Below are positions 52,201 through 64,000 of a stretch of DNA of 64,000 bases, piece by piece; within the stretch, counting starts at the first letter, position 1, and every line of letters begins with the position of its first letter. Under the pieces are notes generated by a model. The model had not been told where the DNA came from and searched no databases. It saw nothing but the letters and a program-made list of their open reading frames with translations. Origin of the DNA: Macrostomum hystrix (taxonomy: Eukaryota > Animalia > Platyhelminthes); contig CATNEN010000007.1 of the NCBI GenBank assembly GCA_950097015.1, forward strand, positions 8,122,001-8,186,000, written 5' to 3'. The position numbers and the translations under genes were made by a program.

Positions 52201-54880
52201 GTCCCGCTCGTTGAGCGCCTCCGCCGCTGCAGCCGCCGCCGCCTCGGTCGCATCCGCCACCGCTGCTGCTGCCGCTGACTTCAGCGATGCAGAGAAGGGC
52301 AAGGAGTCAGCTGATCCGGTGGAGGAGCGCCCGGACAATGTCAGCGAGGAGCTGGAACTGCAGGCCCTGGCTGGCAACAATGGCACCGGTGCCGCCACCT
52401 GGTCAGGTGAGGGCGGGGCGAGCGAGCGGACCAGACACCAGCGGCAACACCAGCAGCAGCAGCATCAGCACCAGGCCAGTCGCATGCTTGTTGGATTCTG
52501 CCTGGCGTATCTGGGCTTCAACCTGCCGAACTACATCACCCTGGCATTCGGCCTGCTGCTGTTCACCTCCTTGGAAGACGGCAGCGCCGGAGTCTACGCG
52601 GCCTACAACCTTGTGCGCTCAGTGGCGCAGCTGCTCTACCTGCTGCACTTCAGCAGCAACAGCCTCATCTATGCGTACGCCAACCGGCAGTTCCGCCTGG
52701 CCTTGAAAAACTTCGGAGGCGCCGTCCACCGCTGCCGCTGCCAATGCGACTGCGAGGAGCACTAATGAGCAGACTGGGATGAGCAGACTGGGATGAGCAG
52801 ACTGGGTTGAGCAGACTGGGATGAGCAGACTGGGAACAAGTGTGGAACTGTGTCGAGCTAGAGAATGGGATCGTAATGGGATCATGGGATTCACAGCAGA
52901 ATGTTTTATTACCATTACCGATTTTCGTGTAAACAGCTTTGGGCATCTCAATCAGGCAAAAATTGCTTATTAAACGATTAATTTTTATTGAAAAGCCTGT
53001 CAATTGTTGTTAACTAGCAGATTCTTGCCCAACCCAACTGCCGTGAAGGCAGATCCTTTTCTGCGGCACAATGAACTTTTAATTACGAGATTAGCAGCAC
53101 CAAACAGGAACTGTAAATTAACGAATAATTTCTAAACAAAATATCAGTTTTTAATTGCTTGACAAATAAATATACTAGATATTAATCTCAGTTAAAAGCT
53201 AGCGCGCAAATATCTTTCAGTGAATTACAAATCTGCCATCTCAATCGGTGTGAATGAAGTATTTTAAAAGGTATAAGTTGAGAGTTTTAACAGCAGTGAG
53301 TCGAGAAATTTAATAGGTTTGAGTCGAGAATTTCAGCTGGTGTGAGTCAGGAATTTTTTAAGTTGTGAATGAAGTGTTTTAACCACTCCAGGTCAAATAT
53401 ACAGATCGAATAATTCAGCTTAATCATTTTAGATCATATGAACAAATCGAGCGATGTTAATTTCTGAGTGCCTGGATCTGAACTACCTGATTTCTTCTGT
53501 AAAAAAAACCGGAATAAATATAACCATTTTGGCCTGCCCGCCTTGATCGCAGACCAACGTGAGGATAATTAAACTTGAGAGATTCCTATCGTAGATCGCA
53601 AGCAAAAAATACATTCTGCTTAACAAAAATAAAACACGAAAGGGGAAATTAATTTTCTGCCTGACACGCAAAAAAAACTCGAAAACAACATTGACTAACG
53701 AAAGTACAAATCAAATTAGCGCCAAAAGGCACCGAAATTGAACTCGCGCCACTCACAGCCCAGCACGCCAGTCCTGGCCAGCATGGCCTGGCTGTACCGC
53801 TCCTCGATGTCGCGCTGGGTCTCAATCACGTCCTGGATCTCATCGGAGACCATCTGTGGGTTTTGGACGAGGCGGAGTGTTTTTGGTGGTGCTTCATCAG
53901 ATAATTTAGAATTTTTTAGTTGCTAGTTCAGCAAAATAATTGAATATTATAATATTTTCCAGCACAGCATACTTAAGCTACTAAAATATTAATACTACTT
54001 GTTGTTGAAGTAGCAATAAGAGGACATAGTGCTCTTGATGGTTTAGTATTTTTGAAGCTCAGTATCTTAAACATCAGTTTACACTATGCCACACAAAAGC
54101 ATGAAAGAAATGCGTTCAGCTCGGCAGTTAATTTCATTTCCTTTTAAACTATACTTCCAGCTCAAAGAGCGTTCCATGACTAAGTGACTCAATGAAAAAT
54201 ATATACTTTTTTATCAGTTGATGTTTTGACACAGCAAAAACCTTTTTTTGCTGGGTAAAAATACAACACAAAATTCTAAGAAAATAAGACAATAAAACAT
54301 TAATGCGAACATATTAATATCATTAAAGAATCATAAAAAATAATAGTAATAATGCCCGGAACTTTTTAGTCACAACATACATGCTTTTCTAAAAATATGG
54401 AACTGTCAGACAGTGCAGGAAAGTGTAAAGTAAAAAGCCAGTTCCAATATGAGAAATAATTCTAGCTTTTTAGTAATTGTAATATATGTTTATATATCAA
54501 CAGAATATATATTATTTTTATGATTATTTTATCTGCTTTTAATGATATAAACCCTTTGATTTATGATTAATATTAATATTTATGCATTCGACACTTAATA
54601 TATACAGTGATGCCTAATACTATGTACTAAAAGGATACATTCAGCATATGCAGCGAAAATTGCATACACAAAAAATCGCCGAGCTAGAACATTTAGGTGC
54701 AGAGCCGAAAGCTGTCAGACACAGTAATTGGTATTTGTACAAGGATAGAAAAATCTTTACCTGATGACCGTTGTGTTTTGATTCGTAGCTGTAAGGCATA
54801 ATACTGCCCAAAATATTTAATTCATCTACACAGTCTTCTAAGACTGTAGCAGCATAAACTGCTTGACTTCCACGAAGCAT
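43258..54880 (-). CDS. IQCG: Dynein regulatory complex subunit 9 (IQCG/DRC9), 7 exons, ~385 aa
   Basis: Exons 54880-54761, 53853-53757, 49683-49542, 47865-47737, 45331-44978, 44021-43823, 43374-43258 join in phase (1158 nt). [54 protein letters not shown] motif [13 protein letters not shown] and the Lys-rich tail match recalled IQCG. The start codon is less certain. Confidence 0.88.
44465..44838. repeat. Minisatellite, 20-bp unit cccaatctgaaggtctagat
   Basis: Visible array in an IQCG intron. Confidence 0.93.
45440..45712 (-). mobile_element. tRNA-derived SINE family B (internally deleted), inserted at the edge of a minisatellite
   Basis: Matches 48141-48527; head gtggcagagcagtcaacgc..gagctcgattcc on the minus strand. 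Confidence 0.75.
45718..45982. repeat. Minisatellite, 32-bp unit tgagtactctctcggtgcatttgagtaatccc
   Basis: Visible; a partial unit at 45417-45437 lies on the other side of the SINE. Confidence 0.92.
46465..47330. repeat. Minisatellite, 18-bp unit ggcatagggtaaggaaca shifting to ggcttagggaaaggaaca
   Basis: Visible array with two sub-domains. Confidence 0.95.
48141..48527 (-). mobile_element. tRNA-derived SINE family B, apparently full length, inserted into a family A remnant
   Basis: A box gtggcagagcggtt, B-box-like gcttgattcc, AT-rich tail; 15-bp TSD with one mismatch, ctggtacca(t/a)tttaa, at 48126-48140 and 48528-48542. Confidence 0.8.
48541..49556. repeat. Minisatellite, 22/23-bp unit equal to the IQCG exon 3 / intron 3 junction
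   Basis: Minus-strand unit agttcaggaggacag|gtgatag; the first unit overlaps the exon end. Confidence 0.95.
50785..51150 (-). mobile_element. tRNA-derived SINE family B just upstream of the GPCR ATG
   Basis: B box gagttcgattcc, body as 48141-48527, (TTA)n tail. Confidence 0.78.
51215..52765 (+). CDS. Class A (rhodopsin-like) peptide-type GPCR, 2 exons, ~420 aa, nested antisense in IQCG intron 2
   Basis: Exons 51215-51817 (CAG|gtgagg) and 52106-52765 (gccag|), phase 0. TM1 GLALNLL, TM2 LSANDFL, TM3 [15 protein letters not shown]5 [13 protein letters not shown]6 FNLPNYI, TM7 SSNSLIY, helix 8 NRQFR. Confidence 0.85.
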
Positions 54881-55892
54881 TGCTGACAAACTTTGTTCCA
54901 AAGTGTCAGAATTTAACGCATGAAAAAAACTGCATGAAAAAAACCAGCATAAAAATGCCATTTAAAAGTTAAGAGCAACGCTTCGGCAATCAAACGAGAC
55001 TAACATAAAGCCAAAAAACTTTTTGGATTAAGCCAAAAGTGTAAAAATTGTAGGATCGAGTTAAGATTTATTGCAGGTGTAAAGTTTATATCATTAAACG
55101 CATTCTATTTGTTATACCTATTCTAAAACTTATCAAATGCAACCGTGTGCTTTAATCTTAAATTAAAGACAATCTTAAAATCTTGAAATCTTAAAATCTT
55201 AAAATCTTAAAATCTTAAAATCTTAAAATCTTAAAATCTTAATCTTGAATTATATCTTAAATTAAATTAAATATTAAATTAAAATCTTAAATTTACCTAA
55301 TCGGTAAATTATATAATTCCTTAAATTATTTCGCTAGATTGTCACTTAACTAAGTCAAGCTACTAAGCATGCATTTTAATTGTTATAAAAAATGAAGTAA
55401 AATTCAGAACTAGAATGAAGCACGACAATTAAACAAAAACTTCCCTGCAAGGATTTACATGCGAAAAATATAAACTTCCATTATTAACGCAATATAATAA
55501 ATTTGAACTACTATAAATAGTAGTAGTTATGAATAGCTATCAATCTGTCTCGGGCGTGTGCTTCGTTTACTTAAGTTTCTTTGATTTAATCGAATAGATA
55601 ACGTTGAGCTCGTTGTTAAATTATCAATGGATGCACAGCATGCATTTGAGGCTAAGCATGAAATAGCCAGCAGCAAAGAGCGTGTACTTAAAGCTTGAAA
55701 GGAAATGTGAAGCAGTCAATCAATTAATTAAAATAAAGTTTTGACAATTGCTCTGCAGATTATTTCTTTATGATTTTTTCTAATATTGCCTTTTTTAGCG
55801 CTTAAAATTCTGTATTCTAACCCAAGAACAGGGAAATTATAAAAAAAAACATCCAAAATATACCACTCCTGAATTTTCTGGCTCGCGCAGTA

Positions 55893-55907
55893 GTTGACTA
55901 GGGAAAC
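55893..55907 (-). promoter_or_regulatory. RFX X-box-like motif about 1 kb upstream of the IQCG ATG
   Basis: GTTTCCCTAGTCAAC on the minus strand; imperfect match to GTNRCC(N0-3)RGYAAC, in a position expected for a motile-cilia gene. Confidence 0.4.
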
Positions 55908-56421
55908 GACACCTAGCATTGTTGACATGAATATTCAGCAAGTGGTACAGCAGCAGCTATTGCTCGGCGCATCCGAAACCTCTGTTCGGCCCAGTCTATT
56001 TTTAGATCAGTTCATTTAATTACGAGCACATACGAGTACAGCGCACATACCAACGGCCTTTTTTTATGTCAATCTGTATAGTCAAAGAAGAATGAGTTGC
56101 TGATTAATATTATTAGGCGGGTTTTTGCACGTCTCCTTCTTCAATTGGAAGGCTTTTGCAAAAGACGAGCTCCAAAAGCTTTGCCGCTTGGCATGCAGTG
56201 ATGGCACGTGATACTTCTCTGTAGCCGCTTCACTTAGGACTCCGAATCGTGATGTCATTCTTTATTGAGCACATGTCGATTGATACTCAATCTGTCATCT
56301 GACAACTGGGGCTGCGGATCGGCGATTGTTCTTCTAAATCACGTCTCGTTCGTTTTCTACAGGCCGCGCCACTCCCGACTCAAACCCGACCCTCGACTCA
56401 GAGGTCTCAGTTTCACAAGCG

Positions 56422-57108
56422 CTCTCTCCTCTCCCCGCTCTCCCTGCTCTCCATCAACCTCTGTTCCTGCACACCCTGCTCTCCCTGCTCTCCCTGTTCA
56501 CCCTGCTCTCCCTGCTCTCCCTGCTCTCCCTGCTCTCCCTGCTCTCCCTGCTCTCCCTGCTCTCCCTGCTCTCCCTGTTCACCCTGCTCTCCCTGTTCTC
56601 CCTGTTCACCCTGCTCTCCCTGCTCTCCCTGCTCTCCCTGCTCTCACTGTTCTCCCTGTTCTCCCTGTTCACCCTGCTCTCCCTGCTCTCCCTGCTCTCA
56701 CTGCTCTCCCTGTTCACCCTGCTCTCCCTGCTCTCCCTGTTCACCCTGCTCTCCCTGCTCTCACTGCTCTCCCTGTTCACCCTGCTCTCCCTGCTCTCCC
56801 TGCTCTCACTGCTCTCCCTGTTCACCCTGCTCTCCCTGCTCTCCCTGCTCTCACTGCTCTCCCTGTTCACCCTGCTCTCCCTGCTCTCACTGCTCTCCCT
56901 GTTCACCCTGTTCTCCCTGTTCACCCTGCTCTCCCTGCTCTCACTGCTCTCCCTGCTCTCCCTGCTCTCCCTGCTCTCCCTGTTCTCCCTGTTCACCCTG
57001 CTCTCCCTGCTCTCACTGCTCTCCCTGTTCACCCTGCTCTCCCTGCTCTCACTGCTCTCCCTGTTCTCCCTGCTCTCCCTGCTCTCCCTGCTCTCCCTGC
57101 TCTCCCTC
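56422..57108. repeat. Pyrimidine-rich 9-bp repeat (ctctccctg)n
   Basis: Visible array. Confidence 0.96.
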
Positions 57109-57504
57109 GTTTCTGGCTAAAGGTCAGACAGCCAGCAGCTGTTTTCAGTACCTGCCTGACTGCCCATATGATTGAATTTTCAGGTAGAAGAATGATTTCT
57201 GAAATTGCCTCTCCCAATGGCCCGCGTGACCGGGCGGTCACGCAGCTGCTTGAAGGCAATCACAAAGCCGATGAAAAAATCCTTGCCTAACAGAAAAGAA
57301 TTGAGTAGAGATGAGAAGCCTCTCTGCAGCCTCAGCCAATGACCTCGAAGCATCCGTTGAGCTCCCCTCTCAGTGAGTCCGCACTTCACGGCCAGTCAGG
57401 AAGTGGGCCCGGCCTAAGCGCTGGTGAATAAATATCGGTGCTGTCCAAACTGCCCAGCCGGCAGACAGTTACGAGCGTATTTATGCCAAGCTGTTTCGTG
57501 AGTT

Positions 57505-60500
57505 ATGACAGCCTCAATGACAGCCGGCGCGAGCCTTCGAGTGAGCATAGGAGTGCGATTCATCAACGAATCCCGCGCAGAGAAATCTGTAGAATCAGTT
57601 GCCGCAGTGCCAGATGGAGTGACAATCCGAGTGACAGACTCAGCTGCAGACAGATTGCTAAGAGTGATCGGCCGAGTGACATCAGCAGGAGTGACAGGAG
57701 CTCTGTCCAAGCTGCTGCTGCCGCTGCTGTTGCTGCTGGCCGCGGGGGCTCCGCGGGCCGTCAAGGGCCGGCAGTGCCCGCAGGCTGAGCTGGATGGCAT
57801 CCGGCGGGACTGCTTCTACGACTTCGAGGGCGAGCTGTCCGACACGCCGCCGCGCAGCTTCCACGTGCTGATGGAGCAAAAGTGCAAGTGAGTGACAAGT
57901 AGGGTGACTGATGGAGTGACAAGTAGGGTGACTGATGGAGTGACAAGTAGGGTGACTGATGGAGTGACAAGTAGGGTGACTGGTGGAGTGACAAGTAGGG
58001 TGACGGATGGAGTGACAAGTAGGGTGACTGATGGAGTGACAAGTAGGGTGACTGATGGAGTGACAAGTAGGGTGACTGATGGAGTGACAAGTAGGGTGAC
58101 TGGTGGAGTGACAAGTAGGGTGACGGATGGAGTGACAAGTAGGGTGACTGATGGAGTGACAAGTAGGGTGACTGATGGAGTGACAAGTAGGGTGACTGGT
58201 GGAGTGACAAGTAGGGTGACTGGTGGAGTGACAAGTAGGGTGACGGATGGAGTGACAAGTAGGGTGACTGACGGAGTGACAAGTAGGGTGACTGATGGAG
58301 TGACAAGTAGGGTGACTGATGGAGTGACAAGTTGGGTGACGGATAGAGTGACAGGTAGGGTGGCTGATGGAGTGACAAGTTGGGTGACGGATAGAGTGAC
58401 AGGTAGGGTGGCTGATGGAGTGACAAGTTGGGTGACGGATAGAGTGACAGGTAGGGTGACGGATAAGGTGAAGAAAATGTGACATATGGAGTGACGAGCA
58501 GGGTGACAAGTCATCCCATACCAAAGTAAATTGACACGAGCAACGAGCAAGTTAAAAAATGGCTCATTTTAAGAAATTTTCGTTTAAGCAAAGCTCAATG
58601 TTTCCTAAAATATTTTCTTCCAATCAGTTTTTTGGTCGGTGACCTATCGAACGCTCCTTCATCTGTCGATGAACTGGCTTAACCCGCTTCCAATCAGTGC
58701 CTATAATTATGAAATCATTTCTTGGTTGCGGCGGGCTAATTCGCAGGTCAGCCCTCAATTTCCTGCCGCCCCCAAAAGCTCCGGGGTGAAGCGAGTTGAG
58801 TCTCTAATCGAATTTTGCCACCTCCTTCTAATCTAGTCAAACTTTAGCGATCGGACGCGGCCAGAATTGAGCATGATAAGAATTGAGCACGGCTCCATGA
58901 GAGGGGCGCCACCCCACTCCAGTATAATCGGATCGCCTTGTCACTCGCAATGCACAAGCAGCAATGCGAGCTTATAGAGTTCACACTGGGGACAGTTAAC
59001 AGAGAAAGGGAGTTGTCTTTTCAGCTGCAGCCCCGCAAAGCTGACTATGAGATGTCGAGCTGGGACAGGCACAATTGAATTTCGACCCCCACCCCACGGA
59101 TTTCCTCCGCCCTCATCCAGCTGCACTATTGGCAAATGCTTCGGAGGAAAAAAAGAGAAAAGAGGAAGGGAAAGAGCGCGGGCAGCTTAGGGGTGGGCGG
59201 AAGGCACAGGGGAATTTCCTGTGTCTGGTCCGCGCCGCTTCACGGTCGTCGATGCTCTCAGCTGGCGCTGGCCGAGCTCAAGGGCGGAGGACTTCATCCT
59301 CTCGGGGATTCGGGCCCCGGCCCGCAGAGGAGACATTGCCCGTGCACCCCGGGCGGTGAAGCCGAGCTTTGTTTGGCCGCCCGTTGAAATCCCATTTTCA
59401 GTGCGGCACACGTTTTTTGTTCTAGGTTAGGGGTGGATGCTTATGGGAAAGATGCAGCTGGTTGATACTTGAGAATCCCTATCGCATTCCCCAGCACCTG
59501 TCCTGTTCTCCAGTCAAGTCCAACCCCCAGCATGCCATCGCCAGCCATTTAATTTGATTATTGAATGAATAGAAGAAATTTGAATGTGCCAGTTAAAACA
59601 AGATGCCAATATAACGACATTTGTTGTGGAGCAAGCAATCAAGGAGAAAGCACTTATTTATTAAAATATCAAAATTCTTGATAGAATCATATTTTTCATA
59701 CGAATAAAATATAATTCTTAGAAACAATTTTCGATACATATCGTGGATACCATCATCTCCCTCATCTTCCTCCTCGCTTTCTCCTCTTCCTATTCTCTCT
59801 TTCATCTCTCTCCTCTCTCTCCTCTCCCCCATTTTCATCATCTCTCTCCGTTCTCTTCTCTATCTCCTCTCTGTCCTCTCTCTCCTCTCCCTCCTCTCTC
59901 TCTCCTCTCAGGCCAGGCCCGAATCTATCTATATCTAGACTCACCCTCCTTTAGGCAAGCTTTTTCATTGCTTCAAAGACATTCCGGGATTTTTTCTGAC
60001 TGACATTTGAGTACACCCTCCCCTACGGCAGCCTTCCCCACCTGAGCTCCCGAAAATGTGCTCGGAGAGCCGGCTGCAGAGAGGGGATTTTATCCCCACG
60101 AGGGATCTGAATAGCTTGCTACTTTACTAACAGATTCTGCAACAGATGTCAGTCAGGATCAGTTTCATACATCCACTGAAATCCTTTCCCGGGCTTTTCA
60201 ATTTCGCCTCACAAACCCGCTGTTGGCACACCCTGTAATTTGCTTTTGAAGTAGAAGACAATGAGCAACCTCAGCTGCTCCCAAACTATGCTAAATTTGA
60301 GTCTGTAACTTTTCCATCTTGCAAGTCACCTCTAAATAACGTGCCATTAAGTCACTCAGTCACTCAGTCACTCACTCACTCACTCACTCACTCACTCACT
60401 CACTCACTCACACACTCACTCACTCACACACTCACTCACTCACTCACTCACTCACTCAGTCACTCACTCACTCACTCACTCACTCACTCACTCACTCACT

Positions 60501-63500
60501 CACTCACTGACTCACTCACTCACTCACTCACTCACTCACTCACTCACTCACTCAGTCACTCCCTCAGTCACTCACTCACTCACTCACTCACTCACTCACT
60601 CACTCACTCACTCACTCACTCACTCACTCACTCACTCACTCCCTCAGTCACTCACTCACTCACTCACTCACTCCCTCAGTCACTCACTCACTCACACAGT
60701 CACTCACTCACACACTCACTCACTCACTCACTCACTCACTCACCCACACACTCACTCACTCACACACTCACTCACTCACTCACTCACTCACTCACTCACC
60801 CACTCACTCAGTCACTCCCTCAGTCACTCACTCACTCCCTCAGTCACTCACACACTCACTCACTCACTCACTCACTCACTCAGTCACTCACTCACTCACT
60901 CACTCAGTCACTCACTCACTCACTCACTCACACACTCACTCACTCACTCACTCACTCACTCACTCACTCACTCACTCACTCACTCACTCACTCACTCACT
61001 CACTCACTCACTCACTCCCTCAGTCACTCACTCACTCACTCACACACTCACTCACTCACTCACTCACTCACTCACTCACTCACTCACTCACTCACTCACT
61101 CACTCAGTCACTCACTCACTCACTCACTCACTCACACACTCACTCACTCACTCACTCACTCACTCACTCACTCACTCACTCACTCACTCACTCACTCACT
61201 CACTCACTCACTCACTCACTCACTCACTCACTCTCTCACTCACTCACTCACTCACTCACTCACTCACTCACTCCCTCAGTCACTCACTCACTCACTCACA
61301 CACTCACTCACTCACTCACTCACTCACTCAGTCACTCACTGACTCACTCACTCACTGACTCACTCACTCACTCACTCACTCACTCACTCACTCACTCACT
61401 CACTCACTCACTCACTCACTCACTCACTCACTCACTCACTCACTCACTCACTCACTCAGTCACTCACTCACTCACTCACTCACTCACTCACTCACTCACT
61501 CCCTCAGTCACTCACTCACTCACTCACACACTCACTCACTCACTCACTCAGTCACTCAGTCACTCAGTCACTCACTCACTCACTCACTGACTCACTCACT
61601 CACTCACTCACTCACTCACTCACTCACTCACTCACTCACTCACTCACTCACTCACTCACTCACTCACTCACTCACTCACTCACTCACTCACTCACTCACT
61701 CACTCACTCACTCACTCCCTCAGTCACTCACTCCCTCACTCACACACTCACTCACTCACTCACTCACTCACTCAGTCACTCACTCACTCACTCACTCACT
61801 CACTGACTCACTCACTCACTCACTCACTCACTCACTCACTCACTCACTCACTCACTCACTCACTCACTCACTCACTCACTCACTCACTCACTCACTCACT
61901 CACTCACTCCCTCAGTCACTCACTCACTCACTCACTCACTCACTCACTCACTCACTCACTCACTCACTCACTCACTCACTCACTCACTCACTCACTCACT
62001 CACTTACTCACTCACTCACTCACTCCCTCACTCACTCACTCCCTCAGTCACTCACTCACTCACTCACTCACTCCCTCAGTCACTCACTCACTCACTCACT
62101 CACTCACTCACTCACTCACTCACTCACTCACTCACACAATTCTTCATTCACCGCTTCGCAGTGACAGCATGCTGGAGAAGCCGCCAATCATGTCTGATTG
62201 CGTCCGCTCCCGCATTGAGAGCCACGGCTGTGGCAATGCGGCGGGCCTTCTTCGACGCCTTGAGCTGGTTGAGTTGGCCCACAGCCACCTGTGCTCGGCC
62301 CGGCTCAGCGGTGAGTCTCGTAATGAAATGATTAAACTGCGCCCAAACCAACCGTGATTACCGCTTTGTCCTGAAGGCCGCTACTGCCGAGAGTTACCAA
62401 AGAACCTGCCGCACTACGTGAACCTCTGCATCGAGGCACTGTTCGACGGCATCACCCAGAGCGTCATGTGCTCGTGAGCCGACACACATTGATTGTCTCA
62501 TAATAGTGTTTTTACCTAGTTACGAGCCTCATGAAAAACTACGCCAACCTCCACACTCTACAGCCAACCTCACTCCACATGCCACCTCACTCCACAGTCG
62601 ATCCCACTACACAGCCAAACTCACTTCACAGCTATCCCCACTCAGCGGCCAAACTCCCCCACAGTCAACCTCACTCCACAGCCAACCTCATCCCACAGCC
62701 AACCTCATCCCACAGCCAACCTCATTCCACAGTCAACCTCACTCCACAGCCAACCTCACTCCACAGCCAACCTCACTCCACAGCCAACCTCACTCCACAG
62801 CCAACCTCACTCCACAGCCAACCTCACTCCACAGCCAACCTCACCCCACAGCCAACATCACTCAACCACCACAGAAAAGTATCTTACTGAAACCGGTTTC
62901 CATGTGAAAAAATTTTGTTTATCTAACTAGTTTTATTGAAATAAATTTATGCTATCGTCGAGGAATTCGGTCCTAACAACCAGAAGCGACAGGTAATTAT
63001 TCACTATCGCACAGAAGACAGTACCACACACAAACTCACAAGTGACTGTCGATCGGAAAATTTTAAGAATGCACCTTTTGCAATCTAAAAAATTGTTTCA
63101 CAAACGTTTACTGCAGTAAACATCGCGTTAAAAGTCATCAAATTTATTAACCTGATCTGCAAAATGCAAAAAAGCAATTAGACGCATGTTCAATATGAAT
63201 CCCAATTATTTTTGCACGAGAAAAGTTTTCATAATGAACACACATGTTACACAATTAATGAGTGTTTGACACTTCAGTCACGTGGTATCAGTCAGGTGAT
63301 ATCAGTCAGGTGATATCAGTCAGGTGATATCAGTCAGGTGGTATCAGTCAGGTGATATCAGTCAGGTGGTATCAGTCAGGTGATATCAGTCAGGTGATAT
63401 CAGTCAGGTGATATCAGTCAGGTGATATCAGTCAGGTGATATCAGTCAGGTGATATCAGTCAGGTGATATCAGTCAGGTGATATCAGTCAGGTGATATCA

Positions 63501-63827
63501 GTCAGGTGATATCAGTCAGGTGATATCAGTCAGGTGATATCAGTCAGGTGGTATCAGTCAGGTGATATCAGTCAGGTGATATCAGTCACCTAATTCACAC
63601 CTAATTCCCCAAGCAATAAAATCGCAGTTCACAATGTACTTTAATTAAGTTTTAATAACAACGAATCGTCCCTTCGGGCAGGAGGTCGCAGATGACGGTG
63701 CAGAAGGCGCAGGCTTGCGTGCAGTACATCCTCAGCCTGATGGGCTCCCCGTGCTATTACCTGCAGTTCAACTTCTACCATATCAGGAACTACGCCGAGG
63801 GCCTGCTTGAGGGCAACTGCGAAACTG
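57505..63827 (+). CDS. Cysteine-rich secreted/cell-surface protein, 5' part; continues beyond the window
   Basis: Exons 57505(?)-57887, 62162-62310, 62377-62473, 63682-63827 join in phases 2,1,2 with GT-AG sites. Hydrophobic LLLPLLLLLAAG is followed by regularly spaced Cys (QCP..DCF..KCN..DCV..GCG..LCS..YCR..LCI..MCS..ACV..PCY..NCE). Start uncertain. Confidence 0.65.
57890..58465. repeat. Minisatellite, 24-bp unit gagtgacaagtagggtgactgatg beginning at the donor site
   Basis: Visible array. Confidence 0.95.
60351..62137. repeat. Very long (CACT)n microsatellite, about 1.8 kb
   Basis: Visible; ends about 25 bp before the acceptor at 62161. Confidence 0.98.
62540..62870. repeat. Minisatellite, 18-bp unit ccacagccaacctcactc
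   Basis: Visible array. Confidence 0.88.
63275..63588. repeat. Minisatellite, 14-bp unit tcaggtgatatcag
   Basis: Visible array. Confidence 0.95.
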
Positions 63828-64000
63828 GTGAGACACACTGGTTTGCACATAGAAGCATTGTCCACGACAAATGCCACATGTTTTGGAAAACTGCATACTC
63901 ACCCCATACCTCACTGCCTACACACCCTATACCTCACTACGTACTCACCTCATACCTCACAACCTACTCACCTCATACCTCACTACGTACTCACCTCATA

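Noticed and set aside
59075-59430. Extra exon or nested gene in a GC-rich intronic patch
   Set aside because: Not needed for phase between the flanking exons and no recognisable protein signal.

Overview
Eukaryotic (metazoan) genomic DNA with GC-rich spliceosomal exons, AT-rich introns and very dense, locally unique mini/microsatellites (roughly a quarter of the window). The style resembles a free-living flatworm such as Macrostomum; this is an inference only. Genes, left to right: 3' end of SMG5 (+); intronless HSP10/HSPE1 (+); 4-exon ALDH9A1 whose first intron is GC-AG (+); a small NRARP-like ankyrin gene preceded by 8 CSL/Su(H) motifs (+); a 10-exon gene for a ~1233-aa secreted protein with five tandem copies of an unrecognised ~187-aa domain joined by four exactly 50-nt proline-rich linker micro-exons (-); three deleted Helitrons (one inverted pair, one perfect head-to-tail CTAG|TC junction, a nested hAT MITE); a 2-exon small secreted Cys protein (+); an intronless 4-TM protein (+); an intronless divergent Ser/Thr kinase (+); 7-exon IQCG/DRC9 (-) with a 2-exon class A GPCR nested antisense in intron 2; and the 5' part of a Cys-rich secreted/surface protein gene (+). 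Two tRNA-derived SINE families are present. Exon structures were read by hand from splice signals and phase; no database searches were run.
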